64,000 nt of DNA from Candidatus Zymogenus saltonus (lineage in GTDB: Bacteria; Desulfobacterota; Zymogenia; Zymogenales; Zymogenaceae): positions 40,819-104,818 of the forward strand of contig JAFGIX010000086.1 in assembly GCA_016929395.1 (NCBI GenBank), given 5' to 3'. Below the pieces are notes generated by a model. That model was not told the origin of the DNA. It ran no database searches and saw only the letters and a list, made by a program, of their open reading frames with translations. The translations under genes and the position numbers were made by a program. How positions within the stretch are numbered: position 1 is the stretch's first letter; each line of letters starts with the position of its first letter. Below are positions 1-8,997 of this stretch, one piece after another.

Positions 1-609
1 CCTTCGATTCCAATTTCTCCCCTTTTCTTTGCTCGTGAGGGGATAGATATACACCTCTCCGCTGTCGGAGGCGTTTCCTCTCGGGTAGAAGGTGACCTTA
101 TTTCCCGGGAAGACTATTCCATCCCTCATCGAGCTGGATGTAGGAGACGTACAGTAGATGTCTTTGCCTTCCGGCAGATCAAAGGGGACCCCTTTTGTCA
201 ACTCTTCTTCTTCCACCTTCTCGCCGGTGTCTTTTGTGCCGTTCCTGTTGTCGTCATCGTGGATTTCTATGATATAACCGCTTTTGTCTGTAGATCCTGG
301 GTCTCGGGTTAAGAATGTCACGATGTAGTTATTATTTTCGGTGATTGCGCGAATCCTCGCATTATTTAACGCATAAGCGACGGTTCTGGCCGTCATATCG
401 GCCTTCATGCGGTCGATGCTTCCGGTCGCCGTAATGGCGGCGATGGAAGACAGGATGGCTATAATGGCCAATACGGTCAACATCTCGAGTATGGTGAAGC
501 CGCCCTTGCCGTAAAGTCGCCTTAAGAATGGACTTTTCAAACCGGCATTGATACATCCGGAAAGGGTCTTTACTGAACCACCTGTTTTCAAGTTTTTTTG
601 ATCGACCAT
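1..609 (-). CDS. Type IV pilin-like / GspH-FimT family pseudopilin (3' end runs off window)
   Basis: Absent from the ORF track because there is no stop inside the window. My translation of the minus strand from ATG 609 reads MVDQKNLKTGGSVKTLSGCINAGLKSPFLRRLYGKGG-FTILEMLTVLAIIAILSSIAAITATGSIDRMKADMTARTVAYALNNARIRAI... It shows a G/FTxLE prepilin-peptidase site plus a hydrophobic helix. AGAGGTG lies just upstream of the ATG. An alternative TTG at 540 gives a more usual 14-aa leader. Confidence 0.8.
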   Translation of the reverse strand, partial: MVDQKNLKTGGSVKTLSGCINAGLKSPFLRRLYGKGGFTILEMLTVLAIIAILSSIAAITATGSIDRMKADMTARTVAYALNNARIRAITENNNYIVTFLTRDPGSTDKSGYIIEIHDDDNRNGTKDTGEKVEEEELTKGVPFDLPEGKDIYCTSPTSSSMRDGIVFPGNKVTFYPRGNASDSGEVYIYPLTSKEKGRNWNRR

Positions 610-635
610 GTTACACCTCTTCAATTTATATAATA

Positions 636-651
636 TGCATTATTTGTGCCA
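636..651 (-). promoter_or_regulatory. Sigma-54 (-24/-12) promoter for the pseudopilin gene
   Basis: The minus strand reads TGGCAC-AAATA-ATGCA. The GG and GC dinucleotides have exactly the consensus spacing of TGGCAC-N5-TTGCA. The site lies about 27 nt upstream of ATG 609 and directly downstream of a sigma-54 activator gene. Confidence 0.65.
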
Positions 652-837
652 AGATTGCCTGCGCGGGGTGAAAACCGCGGGGCGATTCTCTGTTATCTCC
701 TTGTAATCACTGCGCTTTTTTTTATCAGCTTCAAGGGAGAAGGCCTCCTAATAAGGATTGCTTAAAAAGCGACGGGATTGTTACATTTTTTCAGCATGAC
801 TGTGAAAATTTTTCACAATTGCCGCAAGGCGCTCCCA

Positions 838-2238
838 TCATTCATCCCCTTTACGGCCCTTATTATCTATATTGTAGTCCTTGAGCTTATAGAGGAGCGC
901 CCGGTAGCTGATTTCAAGAAGCTCCGCGGCCCTTGTCTGGTTTCCGCCCGTCTTCTTCAATGCGGCTAAGATGAGCCTTTTCTCAAGATCGCGGGAGGCC
1001 TTCTTTATCGAGAAGGTAGATGATGATGGATCGGAGGGCGTTTCGATCTCCTCCGTCCCCCTTACCACCTCCCCGGGGAGGTCTGAAACGCCTATGGTGT
1101 CGGAGTCTGTAAGGATCATCGCCCTCTCTATGCAGTTTTCCAGCTCTCGAACGTTGCCCGGCCAGGAATAATTCATTAGCTTCGCCAGTGCCCCCTTTTC
1201 AATCCCCTTTATGGAGGTGTTCAGCTTCTTGTTGAACACACTTATGAAGTGCTCCACCAGCGGCACTACGTCCTCGATCTTTTCGCGAAGGGGAAGCATC
1301 TTTAGAGGAACTACGTTCAGCCTGTAATAGAGATCGTCCCGAAAATCCCCGTTTTTGACCGCCTCCTCAATATCTATGGCCGTAGCGGAGATTATCCTCA
1401 CATCGAGGCGCTTGGTGCCGGTCGAGCCGATCCTCCTTATCTCCCCCTCCTGAAGGGCCCTCAGGAGCTTTACCTGCAGCGCCTGGGGGAGCTCGCCGAT
1501 CTCATCCAAAAAGAGGGTCCCGTTGTGGGCCTCCTCAAAAAGCCCCGGCTTATCCCTTGTGGCATCCGTAAAGGCGCCCTTGACGTGACCGAACAGCTCG
1601 CTTTCGAGGAGGTTTTCCGGGACGGCGGCCAGGTTCACCGCAACAAAGGGGCCTTCCTTTCTGCCGCCCTCGTAATGAATCGCCCGGGCGACAAGCTCCT
1701 TTCCCGTGCCGCTCTCCCCGGTAATCAGAATCCCCGTCGAGTAGGCGGAGACCTTTCTTACCGTCTCGAAGAGATCGAGCATCTTGGGACTCCTGCCGAT
1801 GATGTCGTGGAATCGGTACTTCCCCTCGAGCTCCCTCCTCAGCCTGAGGTTCTCGTCCCTCAAGATTCGGCTCTCCCTCGCCTTGTTCAGGGTCAGGAGG
1901 ATCTCGTCCAGCTTGAAGGGCTTAGACACGTAATCGAAGGCGCCCAGCTTCATCGCCTCCACCGCGCTGTCTATGGTTCCGTAGGCGCTCATCATAATAA
2001 CAAGGGTATTGGAATCCTGCACGCGAAGCCTCTTCAGAAGCTCCACACCGTCCATCTTCGGCATGACTACGTCGGTGAGGATTATATCGTGGCCCCCTTC
2101 TCTCGCCATCGAAAGGGCGCTCTGGCCGTTTGAGGCAATATCCACGATATACCCCTTTCCCGATAGGAACTCGGACAACATCTCGGACATCGCCTTGTCG
2201 TCTTCGACCACGAGTATCTTGTTGTAGTCCATTATCAA
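838..2238 (-). CDS. Sigma-54-dependent response regulator (NtrC/PilR family)
   Basis: 466 aa. REC domain (DIILTDVVMPKMDG). AAA+ sigma-54 interaction domain (GESGTGKE, ESELFGH, GAFTDA variant of GAFTGA, FLDEIGE). C-terminal Fis-type HTH (NQTRAAELLEISYRALLYKLK). Confidence 0.93.
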   Translation of the reverse strand: MIMDYNKILVVEDDKAMSEMLSEFLSGKGYIVDIASNGQSALSMAREGGHDIILTDVVMPKMDGVELLKRLRVQDSNTLVIMMSAYGTIDSAVEAMKLGAFDYVSKPFKLDEILLTLNKARESRILRDENLRLRRELEGKYRFHDIIGRSPKMLDLFETVRKVSAYSTGILITGESGTGKELVARAIHYEGGRKEGPFVAVNLAAVPENLLESELFGHVKGAFTDATRDKPGLFEEAHNGTLFLDEIGELPQALQVKLLRALQEGEIRRIGSTGTKRLDVRIISATAIDIEEAVKNGDFRDDLYYRLNVVPLKMLPLREKIEDVVPLVEHFISVFNKKLNTSIKGIEKGALAKLMNYSWPGNVRELENCIERAMILTDSDTIGVSDLPGEVVRGTEEIETPSDPSSSTFSIKKASRDLEKRLILAALKKTGGNQTRAAELLEISYRALLYKLKDYNIDNKGRKGDE

Positions 2239-2420
2239 AAAGCCCCTTTTTAAATCCCCTGCCCCTTTATGGAGTCTGTATCCCGTATCTTACATTTCCG
2301 ATGGAATTATACAACAACGCCGCCCCCTTTTCAACTAATCATTGTCCCCTTCATCAGCCGAACAAGTTTGCGTTTGACCCTCAAAGGTGGTATCATTTTA
2401 CATTGCGGGAGGCCCAAATC

Positions 2421-4499
2421 ATGCCCGAACAATCGGACACAAAAGACCGTCCGGCCGACAAGGGGAAAATAGTCTTGATCGAGGACGACCTATCCGTCCT
2501 TAGCATTATCAAGAGGCTCCTCGAGCGGAAGGGATACGAAGTGGCCGACTTCGACAATCCGAGGGGGGCCATCGAAAAACTTGCCGGGGCAGACGGCCGG
2601 TTCGATCTGATGGTAATCGACATCAACCTGCCGGAGATGGACGGATTTGACGCCTCGACGAGGCTCAAAGGCTTCTCCGCCCTCTCCGATGTTCCCATCA
2701 TCTTCATATCGGCGATACACACGTCATCTGAGGAGATGAACCGGGGACTCTCCCTGGGCGCCGTAGATTACATCATAAAGCCCTTCGACCCGGAGATTTT
2801 CCTGAGCAAGGTCGACAACTTCGTCGCGTTGAAAAGGAACGAGGAGAGGGTGAGGGCCTTGAAGATGCGCTACCAGCTCCTCTTTGAAAAATACAACGAC
2901 CCTACCGTAATCCTCGACCTTACGGGTTATGTCCTTGAGGTCAACGACGCCGCCAAAAAGATACTCGGCATGGGCGGGGCGGATTCGGAGGTTGAGAAGA
3001 CCTCATTTCTCGACCTGGTCCACGGCGAAGACAAGAGAGAGGCGCTTAAGCTGATAGACTCCCTGACCGGCTTAGGCAGACCCCAGGCCCCAAGGGTCGT
3101 CAGGGTCATCGACAGATCGGGGGATTACCGCTTCATGGAGATAAACGGCGGTGCCTTCTTTAACAGGGAGGGGGCCAAATCGACGCCGGATTCGATCCAC
3201 ATCACGCTTAGGGACATAACCGAGCGGGTGATGCTGACGAGAAACCTCGGCCTCCTCTTCGACACGTCGAGGAGACTCTCAGGCGCACTGGCGCTGGGCG
3301 AGATATTTTCGATACTGACCGAGAGCATCGAGAAGGCGGTCTACGCAAGCCGAATTGGGGTGGTTTATCTGACGCCGGATGGAAATGCCGCACTCATGGC
3401 CACCACCGGGCCGGTCTCGAAAAAAATGAGGGGCAAGATAGAGCTTCCCCACCTTATTGATCTTACCGACTACCCGGAATACCGGGCCGCAATCGAGACG
3501 AGAAAGACGGTGATGATCGAGGAGGTTGATGGCGATCCGGTCGTCGCCGGGGTGAGGGACACCTTGAACGAGATCGGGATAGAGAGCATCCTCGTTATCC
3601 CGATCGTCATGGAAGATGTGGTATACGGGTTGATAAACCTGGCAGAGATCGGGGGGAAGCGGCGATTTACGAGTGATGAGATCGAGGTCCTGGAGTCGAC
3701 CGCCGACCTCACGGCGTTGTCTGTGGAAAACGCCCTCATGTTTGACAAGATCAAGAAGAACGAGGAGTTCAAGACCCACCTCATCAATGTCTTCACCCAC
3801 GAGGTCGGAACCCCCCTGGGCACGATAATCGGGCACACCCAGATACTCATGGAGGGGCTTGATCAGGAGGACAGGAGGCTCAAGAACCTGAAGGCGATCT
3901 ACGGCGAGACGAACAGGCTCAACTCCCTAATGGAGGGCTTCCTCGACATCACCAGGCTCAGGTCCGGTAAACTGACGCCGAAGATTGAGAAGATTAACCC
4001 CGGGGTGATAGCTGCAAAGCTCTACAGGGAGTTCGAGGAGAGGTTCAGGGAAAAGGGGATCGACCCGTCCCTCGAGATCGAGGAAAAGGGGTTGAGCCTC
4101 GACGGCGACCTCCTACTTATCGAGGGGGCCGTGACCAACCTCCTCTCAAATGGCCTCAAATACACGCCGTCCGGGGGGAGGATAACCCTCACGCTGAAAT
4201 CGTACGACGGGGGACTTACAATCGCGAGAGCCGACAAAGGAAGGCGGGCAAAGGCCCCTCTCGTGTCCTTTTCGGTTAAAGACACCGGGATCGGGGTGCC
4301 TGTGGGAGACCGGGAGAAGATCTTCGAGGAGTTTTACCGCTCGGCGAACGTCCCCGGAGACGAGAAGGGGGCGGGGCTGGGCCTCACCTTCGTAAAGGAG
4401 GTCGCCGAGATTCACGGCGGGGCCGTAAGGCTCATCGACAATAGCGATACGGAGGGCGGGGGGAGCACATTCGAGATGATCCTTCCGGGGAGGAAGTGA
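2421..4499 (+). CDS. Hybrid sensor histidine kinase (REC-PAS-GAF-HisKA-HATPase), no TM segments
   Basis: The ORF frame opens at 2130, but GGGAGG plus ATG at 2421 gives MPEQSD. REC (VLIEDD, DLMVIDINLPEMDG, KPF). PAS (PTVILDLTGYVLEVNDAAKKILG). H-box FTHEVGTPL. N-box LLSNGLKYTP. G-boxes DTGIGV and GAGLGL. Confidence 0.88.
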   Translation: MPEQSDTKDRPADKGKIVLIEDDLSVLSIIKRLLERKGYEVADFDNPRGAIEKLAGADGRFDLMVIDINLPEMDGFDASTRLKGFSALSDVPIIFISAIHTSSEEMNRGLSLGAVDYIIKPFDPEIFLSKVDNFVALKRNEERVRALKMRYQLLFEKYNDPTVILDLTGYVLEVNDAAKKILGMGGADSEVEKTSFLDLVHGEDKREALKLIDSLTGLGRPQAPRVVRVIDRSGDYRFMEINGGAFFNREGAKSTPDSIHITLRDITERVMLTRNLGLLFDTSRRLSGALALGEIFSILTESIEKAVYASRIGVVYLTPDGNAALMATTGPVSKKMRGKIELPHLIDLTDYPEYRAAIETRKTVMIEEVDGDPVVAGVRDTLNEIGIESILVIPIVMEDVVYGLINLAEIGGKRRFTSDEIEVLESTADLTALSVENALMFDKIKKNEEFKTHLINVFTHEVGTPLGTIIGHTQILMEGLDQEDRRLKNLKAIYGETNRLNSLMEGFLDITRLRSGKLTPKIEKINPGVIAAKLYREFEERFREKGIDPSLEIEEKGLSLDGDLLLIEGAVTNLLSNGLKYTPSGGRITLTLKSYDGGLTIARADKGRRAKAPLVSFSVKDTGIGVPVGDREKIFEEFYRSANVPGDEKGAGLGLTFVKEVAEIHGGAVRLIDNSDTEGGGSTFEMILPGRK

Positions 4500-4746
4500 G
4501 CATGTCCGGAAGCTAGCTCTTATTAATTATGGTCCTCTCTCATTTTGTTAAGACATTTTTAGTTTATCCGTCTTAACGGGAAGTCCATGATTCGTCATTT
4601 ATTAACCCATCACCTGTCAAAACTTTTAGTGACCAGGGCATCCCCCAACAAATATTTATGTGGTTTAACCTTAAAATACGATAATTAGTAAAATATATAA
4701 CAATAGATATGAGAATAAGCCTGATTATAGAACCGAAAGGAGAGAG

Positions 4747-5835
4747 ATGAAAAGGTTACTGGTAATTGTGATAGCACTATCATTTATTGTACCACTTTTT
4801 TTTGGGTGTGCCCCAAATGAAAATAAAGACGTTCCCGTTAAATTAAAGTGGCGTTATAAAACCGGTTTTTATGGATATTCCGCTCCTGCGGTGGTTAATG
4901 GAGTGATCTATTTAGTAGACCAAGATGGTCACTTAAAAGCTATAGATAAAGAGACATGTAAGCTGATATGGCAGTTTTATCATGAGGGTAGGATTGGATT
5001 TTTTGTCCCTACAGTGACTAATGGATTGGTTTTTGTGGGAGGTTACGGTGGGCATTATGATAGCTATAGTGGACTTTATGCAATAGATGCAGCAACTGGT
5101 AAGTTGAAATGGCGTTTCGACTTAACAGATTCTGGAAAAGGGTGTAGTACACCCATAGTAGTTGACGGGACGGTTTTTGTTGGAGACTTAATCGAGATGT
5201 TTTATGCCGTGGATGCAGAGAGTGGTGAGCTGAAATGGAGTTATAGAATTAAAAAGGCACCTGCCAGATCTGTAGTTGCCGACGGTGTGGTTTATGTTGG
5301 AAGCTTAAATAACAATCTGTATGCCATTGACGCGGATAGCGGTGAGCTGAAATGGCAATTTACGACAGGAAATCCAATAATTACTACTCCTTCATTAGCT
5401 GATAATGTGGTCTATATGGGGAGTTCGGATCATCATCTTTACGCTATTGATTCCGATACCGGCAAGCTAAAGTGGTGTTTAGAGAAGGGAGAAGATTATT
5501 TTTCTTCTCCTGCTGTTGTTGATGGTGTTGTCTATGTGGGATGTACTGATAAATATCTTTATGCTTTAAACGCTAAAAATGGTGAGTTAAAGTGGAGAGC
5601 TGAAATAGGATATCCTATAGATTCTCCTCCCACTGTAGTTGATGGTGTAGTCTATGTTGGAAGTGATGACGACTATTTGTATGCTATAGCCTCCAGTAAT
5701 GGTTTCCAAATGTGGAGATATAAAACAGAAGGTTCCATAGTTTCCTCCATCATCATTGTTAACGATGTTATCTACTTCGGAAGCTTTGGTGTAAAAGATA
5801 ATTATCTTTATGCCTTAGAAATAAAGAAGAATTAA
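4747..5835 (+). CDS. PQQ-like (BamB-like) beta-propeller repeat lipoprotein, copy 1
   Basis: 362 aa. Signal peptide ending in a FFGC lipobox-like site. Repeated blades of the form LYAxD..(T/S)G(K/E)LKW......SSP.V.DGVVYVGS. RBS AAAGGAGAG. The gene is AT-rich compared with its flanks. Confidence 0.8.
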   Translation: MKRLLVIVIALSFIVPLFFGCAPNENKDVPVKLKWRYKTGFYGYSAPAVVNGVIYLVDQDGHLKAIDKETCKLIWQFYHEGRIGFFVPTVTNGLVFVGGYGGHYDSYSGLYAIDAATGKLKWRFDLTDSGKGCSTPIVVDGTVFVGDLIEMFYAVDAESGELKWSYRIKKAPARSVVADGVVYVGSLNNNLYAIDADSGELKWQFTTGNPIITTPSLADNVVYMGSSDHHLYAIDSDTGKLKWCLEKGEDYFSSPAVVDGVVYVGCTDKYLYALNAKNGELKWRAEIGYPIDSPPTVVDGVVYVGSDDDYLYAIASSNGFQMWRYKTEGSIVSSIIIVNDVIYFGSFGVKDNYLYALEIKKN

Positions 5836-5892
5836 TATATAAAAGACAGTATTTATTAAAAAGAGTTTTACAGTAATAATAGGATATAAACA

Positions 5893-6414
5893 ATGAAAAA
5901 CTGTAATAATTTGAAAAGAATACATATTTTATTAACATGTTTGATATTTTTAAGTGTCACAATCATTGGACTATTTTCAGAGAATGTCTATGCCAGCAGG
6001 ATAGAGGAATTAGACTCCCCCTCCGGCTGGAACATACAGTTGAGGCCCAGCGTCCTCTTCGGATCGGACGGGAGGGTGCTATACGTCATGGATATGAATA
6101 TTCCCATCTTTCAGGGTGAGGACAACCTTCTCTTCGCCGCCCCGAAGTTCACGCCGAATAACGAGTCCAGTTGGGAGGTGAACCTGGGCCTCGGGTACCG
6201 GCACATCCTTTTTGATGACAGCCTTATGCTGGGCATAAATGCCTTTTACGACTACAGAAAGACCCCCTGGGGCACAAAGCACACCCAGTGGGGCGTGGGG
6301 GCGGAGGTGATGGCTGAGTTCGGTATCCTTGAAGACGGTGGTGGCCTGGGACTGACGGGGAGGTTCAATTATTATCAGCCGCTTACTGATGCCGTCCGTG
6401 TTACATATCAATAA
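5893..6414 (+). CDS. Inverse-autotransporter (intimin/invasin) beta-domain-like protein, apparently only the N-terminal part of the barrel
   Basis: 173 aa with a signal peptide. NIPIFQGEDNLLFAAPKF...EVNLGLGYRHILFDDSLMLGINAFYDYRKT...HTQWGVGAEV parallels the intimin barrel block LPLYDNEKSLLFTQ..NLGVGVR....GVNTFYDND...HRLGLGAEAW, recalled from memory. It ends after about 5 predicted strands and has no passenger. Confidence 0.5.
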   Translation: MKNCNNLKRIHILLTCLIFLSVTIIGLFSENVYASRIEELDSPSGWNIQLRPSVLFGSDGRVLYVMDMNIPIFQGEDNLLFAAPKFTPNNESSWEVNLGLGYRHILFDDSLMLGINAFYDYRKTPWGTKHTQWGVGAEVMAEFGILEDGGGLGLTGRFNYYQPLTDAVRVTYQ

Positions 6415-6563
6415 AACATCAATTAGTAAAATTTCCAATAGTGTATTATTGTATAAATTTTACCCAAATTTTTTCCTTGACATCATGAGAAATTTTTAAT
6501 ACATATATACAATATAACCATAAATATGAGAATAAATCTGACAATAAAACTAAAAGGGGAGAG

Positions 6564-7652
6564 ATGAGAAAGTTTCTGATAGTTTTAGTTGTACTATCAT
6601 TGGTTGCAACAATATTTATCGGATACGACAGAATCACAAACATAAACGTTCCCGTTAAATTAAAGTGGCGTTATAAAACCGGTTTTTGGGGTTATTCATC
6701 ATCCCCGGTGGTTGATGGAGTGGCCTACGTGGGAGACCAACAAAATTGCGTTTATGCCATAGATAAAGATACTGGTAAACTTAAATGGAAATTTTATGAG
6801 AAGGGTGCCATATTTACATCCCCGTCAGTAGCTGATGGTGTAATTTATGTGGCAAAATGGAAAGGAGAGAGTCACCTTTATGCGATAGATGCTGAAAGTG
6901 GTATTTTAAAATGGCGCTTTATGTTGGCTGGTCCTGGATCATCGTCCGGTTCACCTGTAGTTTTTGACGGCACAGTATATATAGGTAGTTCTGATAAAAA
7001 TTTATATGCCGTAGACGCAAGCAACGGCACGTTAAAATGGCGCTATGAAACAGAAGGGCCTATAGTTTTTTCTGCGCCTTCAGTTGCAGACGCCGTGGTT
7101 TATTCTGGAGGTGGATATGATTATCTTTATGCTGTTGATGCAAAAAATGGCGATTTTAAGTGGCGATACAAGACAGGTTTGATTAGTTCCGCCCCCTCTC
7201 TTATGGATGGCGTAGTCTATGTAGGGAGTCATGATAATTATCTATATTCTATCGATAGTAAAACGGGCAAGCTTAATTGGCGCTTTGAGACAGGTTCCGA
7301 TATATATTCTTCTCCCTTGGTGGTTGACGGAGTTGTCTATGTTGGAAGCGGTGATTTTTATGTTTATGCTGTAAACAGCAACAGTGGTAAGTTGAAGTGG
7401 AGTTTTAAAACGGGAGGTGGCATAAGTTCCTCTCCCTTTTTGATTGGTAGCGTTTTGTATATCGGAAGTGAAGATCATTATATGTATGCCATAGACTCTA
7501 AAAGTGGTGTGCTAATGTGGAGATATAAATCAAAAGATCCTATTGTCTCTTCGACTGTCGTCGTTGATAATGTCATTTACTTTGGAAGCTTTGGTGTAAG
7601 ATTTAATGCAGGAATTGGCTATCTTTACGCCTTAGAAATAAAAGATGGATAG
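6564..7652 (+). CDS. PQQ-like beta-propeller repeat protein, copy 2 (paralog of 4747..5835)
   Basis: 362 aa with the same blade pattern. There is an N-terminal hydrophobic anchor but no Cys lipobox. 40 nt (6648-6687) are identical to 4831-4870. Confidence 0.8.
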   Translation: MRKFLIVLVVLSLVATIFIGYDRITNINVPVKLKWRYKTGFWGYSSSPVVDGVAYVGDQQNCVYAIDKDTGKLKWKFYEKGAIFTSPSVADGVIYVAKWKGESHLYAIDAESGILKWRFMLAGPGSSSGSPVVFDGTVYIGSSDKNLYAVDASNGTLKWRYETEGPIVFSAPSVADAVVYSGGGYDYLYAVDAKNGDFKWRYKTGLISSAPSLMDGVVYVGSHDNYLYSIDSKTGKLNWRFETGSDIYSSPLVVDGVVYVGSGDFYVYAVNSNSGKLKWSFKTGGGISSSPFLIGSVLYIGSEDHYMYAIDSKSGVLMWRYKSKDPIVSSTVVVDNVIYFGSFGVRFNAGIGYLYALEIKDG

Positions 7653-7715
7653 TAAATAGAATTTATCTGTAAATTGATAGAAATATCCTATTAAAAACTA
7701 TAAGAGGATATAGAA

Positions 7716-7994
7716 ATGAAAAACAGCAATAGCATAAGAAAAATTCATATTATATTAACATTTCTGGTATTTTCATTTTTTATTCTTGTTGGATTATTTT
7801 CTCAGAACGCCCGTGCAAGCAAGATCGAGGAGATGGACTCTACCCTCGGCTGGAACATACAGTTGAGGCCCAGTGTTTTATTCGGATCGGACGGGAGGGT
7901 GCTCTACGTCATGGATATGAACATCCCGCTCTATAATGGGGAGGATAACCTCCTCTTTGCCGCCCCGAAGTTCACGCCCAATATGTGGTCTTAA
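7716..7994 (+). pseudogene. Truncated second copy of the inverse-autotransporter beta-domain-like gene
   Basis: 92 aa. It aligns to aa 1-89 of 5893..6414, and GWNIQLRPSVLFGSDGRVLYVMDMNIP is identical. Homology stops abruptly at about 7982 (..PKFTPN|MWS*). This is 56 nt from the znuB stop. Confidence 0.6.
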
Positions 7995-8049
7995 GTTATT
8001 CTTACTTTTCATCCAGAAGCGATCCCTCAATAAAAAACTGAGACTACCC

Positions 8050-8928
8050 CTAAAGCCCCTTCTGTCTCCTTCTGTTACTTTCCTCCGAAACAATCCACTT
8101 GGTCAGATATGCCGCGAGAAAAAGGATGAAATTTATCATCACGATCGTCCCCCCCGTGGGGAGGTCGAGGTGGTATGAAAAGAATATTCCGAAAAAGACG
8201 GAGACTATAGCGGTCAAGGCGGCTATTACAAGGGACCACCTGAAACTCTTCGATACCTGGAGGCTCGTCACCGCCGGCAGGATTATCAGCGCCGAGACGA
8301 GCAAAAGCCCCACGAGCCTCATCCCCACTACGACTAAAAGCCCCGTGACTACGGCAAAAAAGTAGTTGAAGCGTCCCACGTTTATCCCCATGACCATCGC
8401 CGTCTCCCCGTCGAAGGTCATGGCAAAGAGCTTGTGGTAGAAGATGATGATGAAGACCACGATTACCACCGATATCATAAGGGACGCCCAGAACTCCTCC
8501 TTTCCGATGGTCAGGATGCTACCGAAGAGGTAGCTCATGAGATCCACGTTGAACCCCCTTGCCGCGCTGGCGATCAATATCCCTGTCGCCATTCCCACCG
8601 CCGAGACCACCCCTATGGCGACGTCGGCGTGGATCTTCACCCGCTCCTGGAGCTTGAGAATCCCGACCGACGATATGATCGTTATTATGAGGGCCGACCA
8701 GAACGGCTGCCCGCCGAGCAAAAGCCCCACCGCCACGCCGCCGAAGGCCACGTGGGTCAGGCCGTGGCCGATGAGGGCGTAGCGTCTGAGCACGAGAAAC
8801 ACCCCCAGGACAGCGCAGGCTGTCCCCACGAAGATACCCGTAAAGAGGGCCCTCAGGACAAAGCCGTAGCCTAAAAAATCGAAGAGGGAGAGCGCCTCCT
8901 TGAACGTTGCTGTATCTATATTAGGCAT
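8050..8928 (-). CDS. znuB: Zinc/manganese ABC transporter permease (ABC-3 family)
   Basis: 292 aa, multi-pass membrane protein typical of the ZnuB/TroC family. It is the last gene of the zur-znuACB string. Confidence 0.85.
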   Translation of the reverse strand: MPNIDTATFKEALSLFDFLGYGFVLRALFTGIFVGTACAVLGVFLVLRRYALIGHGLTHVAFGGVAVGLLLGGQPFWSALIITIISSVGILKLQERVKIHADVAIGVVSAVGMATGILIASAARGFNVDLMSYLFGSILTIGKEEFWASLMISVVIVVFIIIFYHKLFAMTFDGETAMVMGINVGRFNYFFAVVTGLLVVVGMRLVGLLLVSALIILPAVTSLQVSKSFRWSLVIAALTAIVSVFFGIFFSYHLDLPTGGTIVMINFILFLAAYLTKWIVSEESNRRRQKGL

Positions 8929-8997
8929 AGAGCATCAAACCAGGCATAAAACTAAATACTAAACAACCCCCGAATTTTTCCGTCAATTCCCCTGGCG

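Noticed and set aside
362-556. 64-aa minus-strand ORF in the track (MYQCRFEKS...)
   Set aside because: It is out of frame with the much longer pilin-like reading frame (1..609). That frame has the GFTILE signal, an RBS and a sigma-54 promoter, so the 64-aa ORF is a shadow ORF.
1525-2133. Long antisense ORFs inside GC-rich genes. This one is representative. Others are 9019..10002, 14317..15216, 22004..23107, 32721..33608, 40021..40722, 41499..42332 and 44264..45640.
   Set aside because: They are typical stop-poor antisense frames of GC-rich coding DNA. Their products are Arg/Pro/Gly/His-rich with no motifs, while the opposite strand carries unmistakable conserved proteins.
2130-2420. N-terminal 97 codons of the 789-aa kinase ORF
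   Set aside because: This stretch overlaps the divergent regulator gene and its promoter region and is Pro/Arg/Ser-rich nonsense. A good RBS and ATG at 2421 begin the REC domain.
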